NCBI RefSeq assembly: GCF_009914755.1 | Contig: NC_060928.1 | Direction: 5' to 3' (one strand) | Source of the DNA: the human T2T-CHM13v2.0 reference genome, Homo sapiens | DNA length: 64,000 nt | Part shown: positions 24,291 to 38,765 of the stretch, piece after piece | Numbering within the stretch: the first letter of the stretch is position 1 | How the letters are laid out: every line of letters starts with the position of its first letter | Position numbers and translations under genes: made by a program | Notes under the pieces: generated by a model | What the model was told of the DNA's origin: nothing | The model's input: the letters and a program-made list of their open reading frames with translations, nothing else | Database searches by the model: none

Positions 24291-24880
24291 GTCTGTTTGG
24301 TTTTCTATTAAATTCCATAGAATGAGATTTAAAAGAAGAAACCAAGCTATCATTTTAAAAATCAGTATGTGTTTCAGCATGCTATCTGAAGACCCTGATG
24401 TAAATACGTTACAATAATAAATTTATACTCTCTTATTTATGAGATTTTCTGCAAAAAAATTAAGATTTTAAGTCCTTGTGGTGTTATGAGAATGCTTAAT
24501 TTAAAATGTTGCTGAATTATTCATAATTGAAATTGTTGATGCTTTGTTAAAATAAGAATGCATACTAGTTTTACAGTAATCAGTACAGTCTTTGTTATTT
24601 ATTAATTAACACTTATAAAATGACAAAACTTTGGCCTCATTGAGTCAATAAACCAAAACAAGGAAAATTAAATGATAGACTTATTGCGGGTTTCATCATC
24701 CTCAAGATTGCACCATAATTGCCAAAATATTACTGTGTAGATGAGAATGATTTCACATAGGTCTGCTTTTAATGACCTGGATATACTCTTTATTGAGAAT
24801 TCTATTGGTTTTGTAGATGTCTGATTATACTCATTTTATATGCATATATATGTATATATACATTTATATTTATATATAAA

Positions 24881-25213
24881 CAGTCGCTTATTGCTTAAGG
24901 TTGAGGATATGTTTTGAGAAATGCATCATTAGGTGACTTCATCATTATACAAACATCACAGAGTGTATTTACACAAACCTAGATGGCAGAGCCTACTACA
25001 CACCTGGGCCTATATGGTATAGCCTATTGCTCCTAGGCTACAAACCTGTACAGTAGATTACTGTACTTAACACTGTAGGAAGTTGGAACACAATGCTAAA
25101 CATTTGTTTAAGCATAAAAATGTACAGTAAGAGTATGGTATTATAATCTTAAGGGACTACTGTTATTCATGCAGCCCATCCTTGACCAAACATCATTATG
25201 TGGTGCATGACTG
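24881..25213 (-). mobile_element. Tigger3a (MER7A/Golem_A) DNA transposon
   Basis: Terminal cagtc...catgactg followed by TA; gagaaatgcatcattaggtga...acacaaacctagatgg; about 330 bp. Confidence 0.85.
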
Positions 25214-25984
25214 TATATACAAAGGCGATATTTGTTATATATATCTTTCCCAAGTGTACCTGTTTATTTAGTTTTGTGGGTAGAAAGAGGGCAGCGTAAT
25301 TTCAGTGGGAGGGAAGGAGGTTAAAAAAGAACTCATGCTTGCCAATGATCATTGATAAACAATATTCTAGAGTGGATAACCTTAAATACATTCTTATCTT
25401 CTCAATTAACATTGTGTGAAGTCTATCAGCACTCACAATGTCAATGCTGCTATACTTGGGGACACTTTGGAGGTGTTAGCATTCTGTAATAGCTGACTTC
25501 TAAGAACAATGGTCAAAGTAGGCTATACATTGTTTTAGGGATAATTTACAGATATCAGCTTGTGGAGAGAAACCTATTCTTGAGTCTAACTTATTCAAGT
25601 GGGGAAATAATTGGAGGATGGCTTTGAGGACTAACAGGGCTCACTGTGAATTGTGACTGGACTAGAATTCTATCTGTCTTCTATACACTCTCATTGGAAT
25701 TTATGAGAAGAGTAGCTTTTATTAGTCCTTTGATATAATAATTAGTTTAGAAGTGTAATCTAATTACTTTTTGTTTTCTATTTGTCCTATTTTACTGGCC
25801 AAGAAAAAAAGGCTTTATATGTAAAATATAGTATATAGTGGCATGTCACCTTGTTTGTTCCTTTAATGAGAAAAATTGCAGTATTTTATCAGTAAGTATA
25901 TTTCTTAAAGTTTTCCAGTAGATATCATTTGCAATAAGTTTGTATCTGTCTATTCTAAAAGTGCTACACTGCTGGATAATTTTA

Positions 25985-26125
25985 CAAACATTATTTCACT
26001 TACTTGTCACTGCAATTTGTATAATTACTCCTAATTTCCAGATGAAAAAAATGAGACTGAGAAAAATTTGATGAACATCAAGATTATGGAGCTATTTGTG
26101 GGGTTTGAAATCAAACCAAGGGGCA
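25985..26125 (-). mobile_element. MIR fragment
   Basis: atttccagatgaaaaaaatgagactgaga core. Confidence 0.55.
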
Positions 26126-26385
26126 AGAAGTTCATGAACTTTTTCTATAATACAAAACTTCTTACTCTATTTTTCTATTTGCTATTGTCATTCATCATTA
26201 GAAGTTTAGATCTGCCCATGGTGCTGCATGTACTTTAGTCCCTTGCTTCTTACTGCTTCTAGCTTTCAATAGTATTTACCCATCAGTTATCTATGTATCT
26301 AGAGATAGACACTGCCATGACAAAGTTTTTATACAAATCCTGCTCATGTCTTCTCAGGGCCTTTGAAAACTCCCTCACCCCCTCC

Positions 26386-26736
26386 TGTATTAGTCTGTTC
26401 TCAGGCTGCCGATAAAGACATAACCCAGACTGGGTAATTTATAAAGAAAAAGAAGTTTAATGGATTCACAGTTCCATGTGGCTGGGGAGGCCTCACAATC
26501 ATGGCGGAAGGTGAAAGGCACACCTTACATGGTGGCAGACAAAAGAGAATGAGAACCAAAGTGAAAGGGGTTTCCCCATATAAAACTGAGACTTATTCAC
26601 TACCACGAGAACAGTATGGAAGAGGCTGCCCTTGTGATTCAATTATCTCCCACTGGGTCCTTCCCACTACATGTGGGAATTACGGGAGCTACAATTCAAG
26701 ACGAAATTTGGGTGGGGACACTGCCAAGCCATATCA
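26386..26736 (-). mobile_element. THE1 (THE1B-like) solo LTR
   Basis: tgtattagtctgttctc...ggcctcacaatcatggcggaagg...gccaagccatatca; TSD cctcc / ccacc. Confidence 0.92.
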
Positions 26737-26739
26737 CCA

Positions 26740-28500
26740 CCCAACAGAAACAATACTTAGGAGTAGCATCCCACAATTGTAAAGTATACACATGCTCAGC
26801 TTCCCTAAATATTGCCAAAGTTTCCTTTTCTTCACAGTCTTGTCATCAGTAGGTTGTATCCACATTACTTTGATATATTAACTTACACTTTGGTCTGATT
26901 ACTTAGAAAGTTTGTGCGGCTATTTGGGTTATAACTTTTGTAAACTTCCTGTTCATCTCTTTGCCAGTTTTACTATTGCAATATGTTTCTTTCCATTGTT
27001 CATTAACTAGGAAGTGTCAAAATTTATGCCATTAATCTTTTGTTAGTTTTAGATCTTTAGAAATATCTTTCAATGGTTATTTATCTGTAAACTTTGGTTA
27101 TGACTGTTTATAAAGATACAGTTTTTGTTTTTGTGTGTGTAGTCAAATCTGCCTTTTTATTATCTTGTTTGTGCTTTATAGGTCTCATTTAAGAAGTTTC
27201 TCCTGCCCTCGTTGACAAAAAAAAATTCTTCCCTATTGTTTTCTATCATCTTATGCTTATTATTTCTTGCATCTTCGTGGCATTAATACATGTCAAGTGC
27301 AACATTATTTGGAATAAATTGGTAACATAGCTGTACTCTTCTCTGTAGAAAGAGTTGCTATTTTTCTCAACAGTACTTTCTATGTGGCACAGTCTTTCCC
27401 TATTTGTTATAAACCATTTTCTATTATCTCTCTCTCACACACAACATACATTTTTGTGCCTTCTATTTCATTATCTTAGTCAAATTTTTTGTTCTTGCAC
27501 CAGTACTAAACTGTGCAAGTACTATGGTTTCTTAGTACTTTCAACATCTGTCAGTGAAATTACCCTAAGCCACTTTATGCAAGTTGATTTATATATAGTT
27601 TCAAGCAAGAAACTGCTATATTAAGGTGCATTGGCAAGATTGCAACACCTGCATCAGCATACTTTCACATCCAAGTTAGCATAAGATTGTCAAATGTCTC
27701 AGGATACCCAGCTGGAAAACTTACTTTCTATGCATTATTTTGGAGAAACTAAAAAGGTTGGATATAAAATGTAGCTATCCGTCCTGTACATGGTATGCTT
27801 TTCCATTTACTTAAATGTATTTTTGTTACTTTTTTATAATTTTAATTTTCTCTATAACAATGCTAGCTCTTTATTTTGGTTCCTAAGTATTAATTTAGGA
27901 TGTTAATTAATTAATTTTTGATGTTAATATGAGTAATATTTGTTTTTTATAACATCTATGAGTTGACTGTTGCTGCTATAACAAAATGCTATTGATGGCC
28001 ATAAGCTGTTGTTTCATCTAGGCACATTCATGAACTTTCTCATCTTATTATTCCCTCGAGTTCTCTTTTTAGATTATTATATTGCATTTAAAAACTTTCT
28101 TCTCTTGTTATCCTCATGCTTCTTATGCATTTTTGTTATAGATTTATCCTTCCCCTTCAATAATCTGTTAAACATTAGAGGGAGTAGTAAAGTTTCACTG
28201 ATAATGTACTAAATTAAATATATTAATAAAAATGTTCCCAAAGTCTTTCCATTATGTATATTATTTGCTGTATCTATCAGTAATATACATTTCACAAAAT
28301 TATATACCACATATTCCTAGTATTCATAAATTAAATACTAGTTTTTTATTTCATTATATTTAACAAGTTAATAAAATTAGTTGAACAGTTTTCCACTTTT
28401 TATTTTTTCCCCATAGTTACTTAAACTTTTATTGAGATAATGTTTACTTGTTCATTATAAATTTGATAAAGTTCACCTCTAATGTCACATACAAGAAAAA
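26740..28500 (-). mobile_element. Ancient L1 (L1ME-like) ORF2 remnants
   Basis: T-rich antisense L1 motifs such as ttcctgttcatctctttgccagttttactattg and tttaagaagtttctcctgccc; very degraded. Confidence 0.5.
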
Positions 28501-28664
28501 AAAGCTTCAAAATATTAAAAGAAGAATAAAATATTAAATTGAACTTGTTACTACTTTTCTTGAAAGATAAGTAAAGAACACAATAAATAATCCAAAATAA
28601 ATAATTGAATAATCCAGGTATAAAACTTTAAGCAATAGGTATATAGAGAACTATATATATATCA

Positions 28665-29030
<366 letters not shown>

Positions 29031-29049
29031 TTAATGTTTACCACAAAAT

Positions 29050-29765
29050 AATCTACAAAACAAGTCTTATTTTTCTCAAAGAATCAACAATGTACAGCAT
29101 ATGCCCTTTATTTACAATGTAATAAATATACACGTTAACAAGTTTTCAAAATATTGCAAAGAATATAACATTTCTGCAAACTAAATAAAATACAATTTAC
29201 TATTTGGTTAAAAAAGCAAATTATAAGAGAAATTAAAAATACAGCTAAATGGCAATGAAAACATGAGCTGTCAAAATCTGCATTAAAAAAAGTACATAGA
29301 ATTTTGTAGCTTAGACACATGAGAAAACAAATTAGAGAAATACAATAATAAACTAGCAACCATTTAAGATGAAAAAAGAATGGAGAAAGCTAAAACAAAG
29401 AATAAAATAATGAAAATTATAAATATTAATGGTATAAAAACCAATAATATGTAAATAAGACTTAGAGAATCAACAGCAGCTTTTTCTAAAAGATTAATGA
29501 GAAGGGTAAACTTCCAGTGATGTTGATGGAGAATAAGGAAGGGGAAAATATGTGAATGAAAGAACTAAATATTTACTAAAAATAAATGTTTAAAATAATA
29601 ATTACAAAATAGTATAAATGTCTACATGCTAATTAGTTTTGTAATATAAAGAAAATGGAATAATTTTTAGAAAAAATATAATATGCTAAAACAGCACGAA
29701 GAAAATTAGGAAACTTGAATCAGCAGGTGTACACTAAGGAATATAAAATGAAATAAAAGATCCTT
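29050..29765 (+). mobile_element. Ancient L1 ORF2 fragment
   Basis: A-rich with gaaaatggaataatttttagaaaaaatataat and gaaaattaggaaacttgaatcag motifs. Confidence 0.5.
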
Positions 29766-29802
29766 CTGTTTATTTTCTTCAAGCTAATTTGATACATGCA
29801 AT

Positions 29803-30371
29803 GCATGGTAGACAGAATAGTGGCCCCCCCCAAAGATGTCTAAGTCTGAAATACCAGAACCTGTGAATTTGTTACTTTATATTGCAAAAGAGCATTGTTT
29901 AATAATCAGCTGACCTTCAGGTATGGATATTATCCTCCATCATCCAGTGGATCCAGTGAAATAAAATGGGCCTATGAAAGTGGAAGAGGAAGAATAGGAC
30001 TTAATTAGAGAGAAACAACAATGAAAGAAAAGGCAGAAGAGATTCTAAATTTGACAGGGACTTGACCCACCATTGCTGGCTTTGAAGCTGGAGAAAGATC
30101 ATGAGCCCGGCACTGTCAGTAGTCTCTAGAACCAACAGGCAGCCAGGAAACTGGGAACACAGTCCCACAACGGCAAGAAACTGCTATCTGCCAGCAATCC
30201 AAATGAACAAGCCTCCTCTAGAGCCTCCACAAAAGAAAGTAGCCCAGCCGAAACCGTGAAGTTAGCATCGTGGTAACTGTTGGATTTCTGAACTAGAAAA
30301 TTCTAAGATAATAAGTTTGTATTGTTTCTTTAAGTTTATAATAATATTTTATAGCAGCAATAGCTAATATA
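29803..30371 (+). mobile_element. MLT1E-family solo LTR
   Basis: tggtagacagaatagtggcccccc.aaagatgtc; gacttgacccaccattgctggctttgaag; ctagagcctcca; atagcagcaatag end. Confidence 0.85.
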
Positions 30372-30419
30372 TGATTTGAACTTCTTTCAGCCTTTATTTC
30401 CTGCCTTTCCTTAAAAGTC

Positions 30420-30765
30420 TTGTGCTCCAGCTATATAATGTACTGGCAGTCTTACAGGTGCCTCAGATATCACACACTTTTAAGACTGAATACGTTTTTC
30501 AAATTTCTCTTTCTTTTTTCTTTAAATTAGAGATACTTTCTCCTTCTCTTCTTAATGAGACCTACTTAATTATCAAAACAGGACTAAAAAGGCTCTTGTC
30601 TCTAAAGACTTCTCTCTCTTCTCTGGAACTTTACTGAATACTCTTTAGTAAACATACTTATATTGATTTCTAGGAGACAAGGACTGTATTTTACCATCTT
30701 TATATTTCTGGCCCAGCATCACATAGAGAAAGAAATAGCAAGTACTTGTTTTGTGAATGAATGGC
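30420..30765 (+). mobile_element. L2 3' fragment
   Basis: ggagacaaggactgtattttaccatctttatatttc...ttgtgaatgaatg. Confidence 0.6.
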
Positions 30766-32054
30766 ACGTTGGCAGGAAATCCCCTGATCTGATAAATTTA
30801 AAAAGTCAACCAGCATACAAAACAGGAAATAAATTTAGGATACTTTGAAACTGAAAGAAATATAGAAATAAAGCTTTAGAAATTGTGGATAACTATCCAA
30901 CACTGAAAAAAAGGAACAGATAATGCTTCAATGTGCATTTCCCCTCCTAGAAATTGTCTTTTTGTTGATCCATGCTTCAGTCAATTCACTTTGACTAATA
31001 ACCTACTACATCAATAGTGACATATCACTAAACTCTGGTGCACATTTTGGGCCAGAGGAAACATCTTTGAAATTATTTCCCGGATTGCCTGACTGCCTAC
31101 ATGTCCTCATCTTTTAAGTATTTTATTTTTGGTGTCTGCACAAATGTTATCTATCTTACAAAGGAAAATTCTCAAGGGTAAACATCAGGTCTGTATTTGA
31201 TTTACCTCACAATACTTCTTTCTTTATAACATATAGCAGAGTATTCTGCACCTTATATACATTCAAGTGTTCTAAATCTTTTTTAAAATTAGAAAATGAA
31301 ATAAACATGATTTCACTCCTCGCTAGATTTTCTATTATTAGCCAACTGGGTCAATCTGCCTCTCTCTGTGCAGTGCGCCCGTGTACACGTGCCAACAATC
31401 ATTGTTCAGGACTCAGAGCACTCCAGATGGTTTTCCAATTGTGAACCTGCAACCAGAAGAGTAGGCTTGGGCTTATCTCTCAGTTACACTTGAATCTGGG
31501 CTGCTGAGATATTCAGATGACTGAGTGTTGCACAACACCACCCTTGATATATAACATGCACTTTATTTTTAATAATCCTGTACTTTTTTTGAGAGTAATA
31601 TTTTGGTTGGAAAACAGATGAATTAATATTAAGATGAAAATTATCTAAATTTTTTCCTCCAAGCAATTTTTTCCTGATCTTAAAGATTTAAATGTATTCA
31701 ATACATCGCTAAAGAATAAACTGACAAACAAGAAATCCATTTTAATTTGTCAAAAATGCAAAAATGAAATGAAAACAAAGTATTATTGAATTCAAGTGAA
31801 ACTGCTCATCCGTCTTAAACAATCTATCACATCAAAAAATTATATTGTATAACTTTTCATGACAGGATCAAGCTTAAAATTTAGTACAATAGCACAGCAC
31901 CGATTAATCTTTGATTTTTTCCAAATTGTCTCAAAGTGTAGAGCCCAAACAATACCTCAATTTGTATAACATACAAATAGTTATTTTAAGTCTTTAAGAT
32001 AATATGAAAAAGCAATATTATAAGACTCATTCCACATGTTTAGTTGCTGTTGTT

Positions 32055-32760
32055 ATTCATCTTTTGGAAATGGGAAAATTGAGGCTTACAGAGGTTAATT
32101 TACCGACTACTAGTATGCTATGTACCTAGCATCTCTATTTTAGAGATTTAAGAACATTGTACTGAGAAATCTAAGTTCCCCTAAGGTCATACAGATGGTA
32201 AATGGCTGAGGAAGAATTTGAAAGGAAATTTGTTTCTTGCTCTATTTAGTAGTGTTACCAAACCAAATCTGCCACTTTCTGCATACATCTTCAAAATGAT
32301 AGCATCCAGAAACATTCATCTCAGATCTTCAGCACCCTCATAGCAAAATATACAGTCATGTTAATGATGCTTTGATGCTTAATGAAATCTCCTTGATATT
32401 ATTAAAACAAATTTCTCCCTTTGAATAGATTACACAGCTAATCTGCTAACCCCAGCCACTTTGTGCTGAAACATATTATTTACTTTTGTGTATATGTCAT
32501 GTCACCAATATCATATAAGATTAAAATTAAAATGTTAATTTATATTTGTGCAAAACACTGTGTAGCTTTCAAAATTTGTTAACATTTTCATACAATTTAT
32601 TGAATCCCTACAGCAACTATGTACAAAACCTCATGAGACAAAAAATATTTTGTTGCATTTATTAATTAAATAAAATAAATTGAGAGAAGATAGACAATAT
32701 GCACAACTACAAAAGCAAAGAAGTGGCAGAATGGCAATTATATTGAGTCTTCCATGTGTG
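32055..32760 (-). mobile_element. Cluster of MIR fragments
   Basis: gaaatgggaaaattgaggcttacagaggttaa; cctaaggtcatacagatggtaaatggctgag; ttgaatccctacagcaactatg. Confidence 0.55.
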
Positions 32761-33819
32761 GTTCTCCTGGTTTTGTTTCACCATTCTCCTGACCACCTTC
32801 TCCTCACGCATCTCAATTGACTCCCCCTTAGTTTACAGCTGCACAAAATGCACTAAACATGCTCTTAAACAGATGATTGAGGTCTATCAGGTATTTCACA
32901 TTGTCGTCTTCTCAAATTTTTTACTTTCCTTTTTGTATAGAACATCGTATTGTATGAGAGAAAGAATAAGACATTTTCAAAATCTTTTTGTCATTAGTCA
33001 TTCCATACTCACTACAAAATAAATATTTGGTAAAGCATGCTAAAATTTTGATGGGAAAAATCTCTTCTATGAAGTGATAATGGTAACTGTGGACACTGCT
33101 GGTATAGCTTCCATTTATTGTAAATTATTTTCCAACTATAATATTAAATATGGAAGCACACTATTTTATTCATTTCATAGTAGCGTTAAAAGTGAAGTTG
33201 CTAAGGAAAATGGCATCTAATTATCATATCCTAACTTGTGGTCTGATAGACTTCTTGTCTCGCCATCACTTAATCTATTAATCTTACTTTCAGAATTATC
33301 AACATTTTCAGCCTTGAATTTAAGTACATTGAAAGTCTTATCTTCAAAAGAAAAGCATGTGATTTAAACTTAGTGTGTTGCCATTTTACTTTTATATTGA
33401 TACTCATATTACACCACATTTGTAAGGACTGGGAAAAATATTGTGTGTGTCAACTGGCTACTGTTTTATTAAATTTCACTCATTTAAAATGTCGAAAGTA
33501 AAAGAAGTAGTTAACCTACAGCATGAAGTTAAATTCAAAAACCTAATGAGACGTGACGTGATATTTAGAAAAAAAGTTTTATTATATAAATCTATAAAAC
33601 TTTTCTGCCATGATTTTAGGTTTATTTTAAAATGTATAATGCTTTTATTTTATTAATTCTAGGGTGATACATTTAAAGAAGACACAATATCTTGTCCTAA
33701 TAATAAAAAAGCATATCCTTTTAACTTAAAAGTTTTCTTTTCCCCAGCCTCTATAATGAAGTCTCCAAGAAAGTATGGAGGCCCATGTAGATTGACTACA
33801 TGTTCTTTACCATTTGGAT

Positions 33820-35008
33820 CAGCCATTTAATTATGGAAACGTGTTCTGAGAAATGCATCCTTAGGTGATTTCATCATTGTTCAAACATCATAGAGTGCAC
33901 TTACACAAACCTAGATGATGATGCCTACTATATACCCAGGAGAAATGCCATAGCCTGTTGCTTCTAGGCTACAAACCTGTACAGCAGGTTATACTGTACT
34001 GAATACTTCAGACAATTGAAACACAAAGGTAAGTATTTGCATATCTAAACACATCTAAACATAGAAAAGTTACAGTAAAAATATGGTATAAAAGATTAAA
34101 CATGGTACACCTGTATACAAAACTTACCATGAATGGAGCTTGTGGGACTGGAAGTTGCTCAGGATGTCAGTGAGTGAGTGGTGAACGAATGTGAAGGCTT
34201 TGGGCATTACTGTTCACTACTGCACAATTTATATACACTGTACATGTAGGCTACACTAAATTTATAAAGCAATATTTGTCTTCAATAATAAGTTAACTTT
34301 AGCTTACTCTAACTTTTTGACTTTACAAACTTTTATTTTTTTAAACTTTTTGACTCCTCTCTAATAACACATAGCCTAAAACAAAAACACACTGAACAGC
34401 TTTACAAAAGGATTTTATTTCTTTATATCCTCATTCTATAAGATTTTTTCTATTTAAAAATTTATTTTTTTGCTTTTTAAACTTTTTGTTATAAATGAAG
34501 ACACAAACACACACATTAACCTAAGCCTATAGAGCATCAGCATTACCAATATCACTGTCTTTCACCTCCACGTCTTGTCATATTGGAAAGTTTTTATGGG
34601 CAAAGCATGCATGCAGCTATCATCTCTTATTATAACAATGCCTTTTTCTGGAATACCTCTTGAAGGAACTGCCTGAGGTTGTTATATGATTAACTGTTTT
34701 TGTAAGTAGTAGGAGTAGACCCTGAAATAAAAATTTGAAAGTGTAGTACAGTAAATACATAAACCAGTAACACAGTCATTCATTATCAAGTATTATGTAC
34801 TGTACATAATTGTATGTGTTACTCTTTTATGGAACTAGCAGCCCGGTAGGTTTGTTTACACCAGCATCACCACAAACATGTGAGTAATGTGTTGCGCTAA
34901 TATGTCACTAGCTGATAGGAATTTTTCAGTTCCATTATAATCTTCCAGGATCACCATCTTACATGTCGGTCACCATTGACTGAAACGTCATTCTATGGCC
35001 CATGACTG
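33820..35008 (-). mobile_element. Tigger3b (Golem_B) DNA transposon, about 1.2 kb
   Basis: Same end sequences as the Tigger3a at 24881 plus internal sequence; ends catgactg-TA. Confidence 0.88.
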
Positions 35009-35175
35009 TATCTGTTCTTCCAGTCCTTGTTATGCCTGCCCAAGCTCTAAGCATGTATTTGATTCTTAAGTTTCTCATTAAATGTAATTCAAGATTGAAG
35101 ATTAAAATATTATGGGATGTTCATTGGGTTGTAGTATTTAAAAAATTTCGCTGTGGTTTGTTTCTCATATAATTT

Positions 35176-35391
35176 TTCTTTCTTTTTGAGTCAGTGTCTC
35201 CCATTATCACCCAAACTGGAGTGCAGTGGCATCATCACAGATCACTGTAGCCTCGACTTTCCTGGCTCAAGCGATCCTCCAGCCTCAGCCTCCTGAGTAG
35301 CTGGGACTACAGGCACATGCCATCATGCCTGGCATATATATACATATATATGTATATATATATGTATATATATACACACATATATATATAC

Positions 35392-35455
<64 letters not shown>

Positions 35456-35571
35456 GAGATGAAGTCTCACTGTGTTGTCCATGCTAATCTCAAACTCCTG
35501 AGCTCAAGTAATCCTCCTGCCTCAGCCAACCAAAGTGCTGTAATTACAGATGCGGGCCACCACACCTGGTC
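35176..35571 (-). mobile_element. AluJ with a (TA)n/(CA)n expansion in the central linker
   Basis: Both arms present; microsatellite at 35334-35452; TSD ctcatataattt. Confidence 0.92.
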
Positions 35572-36054
35572 CTCATATAATTTTAAAAGAAATATTTGAT
35601 CTATACATAATACAAGGTAGAGTAACAAAGCCCCAGGTACCTACATCCAAGTTTACTAAACATTTCTCATATTTGGTCAAAACTCCTTCACGAAAAAATT
35701 TACTGACATAGTTGAAGTCCTGTGTAATGATTCATAACAAACTTATTCTTGCTAATTTTTATTTCCATTAACAAGTACTTCCCAGAAGATGGTGCATTTT
35801 TTTCTATTTATGTATTTTATAATTATATTATATATGCATGGGCTCACCAAGAGAATATGTCACTGTTAGAATGTTTTCAAAGTTTACATATATCGTATCT
35901 GTGATATTATGTTACAATTTGCGCCTTTTTAAAAAGCATTGCTTCAGATTTATCCATTTGTTATATATAGCACTAATTCATTCTTTCCCAATTTTCTGTA
36001 TATTCAGTCATACAAAATATATGCTCAGAACTAACCTACTCCTTTATCACTTTG

Positions 36055-36520
36055 CTTAGAAATTTCCTTGGCTAAATAGTCAATTTCATTGTTCACAAGT
36101 TCTGCCTTTCAGAAAAGCTCCAAAGCCAGTTGTGCACTTTTAGGTATTTGTTACAGCGGCACTCCATTTCTCAGTACCAAATTCTGTTTAGTCAGCTCAA
36201 ACTGCCACAACAAAATACCATAGACTGGGTGACTTAAACAAGATACATTTATTTCCTCACAGGCTGGAAGGTTCTGGCAAGAGCTATCTTCCTGGCTTGT
36301 AGACAATGGCCTTCTCACTGTGTCCTCATTTGACACAGACACAGAGAGAGAGAGAGAGAGCACCCTCAAGCTCTACTGATGTCTTTTATGAGAGTAGGAT
36401 TCTCAGCTAAACATAATTATCTTCTATAGAGATAATTATTCCCCATCTCCAAATACCATCACATTGGGGGTTAGGTCTTCAATATATGAATTTTGGTGTG
36501 AGACAATTCGGTCCATAGCA
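36055..36520 (-). mobile_element. MLT1A0-like LTR (36185-36520) with adjoining MaLR-int fragment
   Basis: aaaataccatagactgggtgacttaaac...ctccaaataccatcacattgggggttagg...ccatagca; int part ttttaggtatttgttacagcggcactccatttctcagtaccaa. Confidence 0.82.
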
Positions 36521-36529
36521 CTGATAACT

Positions 36530-38340
36530 GAGTAATGAAAAATAATTAGACTTTTTGGGAGTTGTATATTTTCTGTATATCTACACTAATTTTGGAAGAC
36601 CAAAACACTACCTTGGTGTACTTGTCAGAGAAGGGGCAGATGACATTTAAGAGATCAATTGAGTTTTAGTTACGATTTCTCTCCCTTGTACCCCTTGATC
36701 TATCCTGTGATTATCAGTTCTGAAATGCTTAATAGAAATAGACATACACATTAACTGTCAAGATTCTTACATTTGTGCCTCGATGTATAGCATGAGGATT
36801 AATATTGTAGCAAAAAACAAAAGGAAACCATAAGATCTTCCTTAATCTGCCAAAATAGTAAATCTTAGCACTTGCATTTCTGGGAAACAATGTAGATATT
36901 GGTGCTACTATGAAAACTTAAAAGAAGCAGGTGATAGTGATTCATACCACATTCATACTCAACATACCTTTTTGAACAATGAAAAAGAGAGATGTATCTT
37001 GCATAATGAGGGTGAATTATTGTAAACTTAAATAGGTGATGACTTCAATTGCAGTTGTTGTGCCAGATAGAGTTTCATTGCTGGAACAAATAAATACATT
37101 ATTTAGCACATATATACAACTGCTAAATAGAAAAACATTTTTTCCTATAGCTGTAAGTAAACATCATGAGACAATTTTCTTTCAGCTGATGTGGCCAGCA
37201 ATACACCTTCACTATTCTGTCTCAGGGTTGTGTCAACAGCCCAGGCCATTGACATAATTTAGTCATAAGAATAAATATTATATCTCCATTCTAGAAGATA
37301 ACAAGTTGCTTCATTAAATTAATGATATGCTTATTCATCTGGTGAGCAGAAAGTAGCAACTACATAGATATATTGGTAAGACATGTGGATGTCAGAAGGT
37401 ATAAAATAAATCCCACAAAATTCAATGGCTTGTCACTGAGTGAAATTTCTAGGTGTTCAGTGGTCTAGGGCAGGGTTTGGCAAACAATTTTTAAAGAGAC
37501 AGGTAGTAAACATTTTAAGTTGTATCATACATCTCTATCACAACTACTCAACTGTGTCATTGCAACATGAAATGAGCACAGTCAACATGTAAACAAATAC
37601 ATGTGGCTGTTTTGCAGTAAAACTTTATCTATAAAATAGGCAGTGAAGTGGGTTTGGCCCACAGGCTATAGTTTACTGAGACTTGGTATAGGGCATATTG
37701 TCATATCCCTTCTAAATTAAAGGAAAAGTTGCTAAATCTTGTCCTTCCTACATCTAAGAAAGAAGTACAAGGACATATGGCCTCTTTGCAATTTTGGGGG
37801 CCAAGCCTAGACTTATTTGGGCAAATTTCCATAACCATTTTGTTGAGTAACCTGAGAAGCTAATTTTGAGTAGGCACACAGTAAGAAAGTTTTGCTTTGG
37901 TTCCACACTGCCATGAAAGCTGTTTGGCCACGTGGACCATGTGACCCAGTAGATTCAATGCTGCCTAAAGTTTATACAGCAAATAAGAATGCTGTGGAGC
38001 CTTTGGAAATACACTGTAGTGAATCACAGCTCAGCACAACTTCTTAAGGTTTTGGAATAAGGCGATTCTATCTTCTGCAGTTAACTCTTCTCCTTTTGAA
38101 AAGGCTTAATACCTTGGTAGAGACTGAAGACATGGCCAGGTGACAACAGACCACTATGCAACCTGAGTTGACCATCATTAATTGAGTGATATCTTACCTA
38201 CCAAGCCATAAATCTGGACATACATCACAGCATACCATAATTAAATGGATGTAGATATATGAGAAAGGCATCAAGTGCGTCCTAAATAAATGTGTTTCAT
38301 GACCAAGTGACACAGATGAGATTCAACAGGTAAGAGATAC
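36530..38340 (+). mobile_element. ERVL-class pol remnant (protease end, reverse transcriptase, connection domain)
   Basis: Frames give NYCKLK*VMTSIAVVVPDRVSLLEQINT and QQYTFTILSQGCVNSP (ERVL QQYTFTVLPQGYINSP); the YIDD region is degraded; many stops. Confidence 0.85.
37471..37685 (+). mobile_element. MER58A hAT DNA transposon inserted in the ERVL pol
   Basis: cagggtttggcaaac...ggcccacaggctatagttt; 8-bp TSD gtctaggg / gtataggg. Confidence 0.88.
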
Positions 38341-38417
38341 CTCCTAGACCAAAAAAAATCATATATTTGATTCTGATATTGGTGGTAGCGATTATGATAT
38401 TTTGTGATAATTTACTA

Positions 38418-38765
38418 CAACAGAATGAGATCATGTCCCTTTCAGGGACATGGATTAAGTTGGAAGCCATTATCCTTAGCAAAGTAATGTGGGAACAGGA
38501 AACTAAATAACTCATGGTCTCACTTATAAGTGGGAGACAAATGATGAGAACACATGGACACATAGAGGGGAACAACACACACTGGGGCCTATCAGAGGAT
38601 GGAGGGTCGGAGGAGGGAAAGGATCAGGAAAAATAATGAATGGGTACTAGGCTTAATATCTGAGTGATGAAATAATCAGTACAACAAATACCCATGACAC
38701 AAGTTTATGTATACAACAAACCTGCATATGTACCCCTGAACTTAAAATAAAAGTTAAAAAAAAGA
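38418..38765 (+). mobile_element. L1PA13-16 3' end
   Basis: aatgagatcatgtccctttcagggacatgga...catatgtacccctgaacttaaaataaaagttaaaaaaa. Confidence 0.9.

Noticed and set aside
32328-32348. TTCAGCACC as a REST/RE1 site (a similar half-site lies near 47650)
   Set aside because: Only the left half-site is present; the GGACAG half is absent
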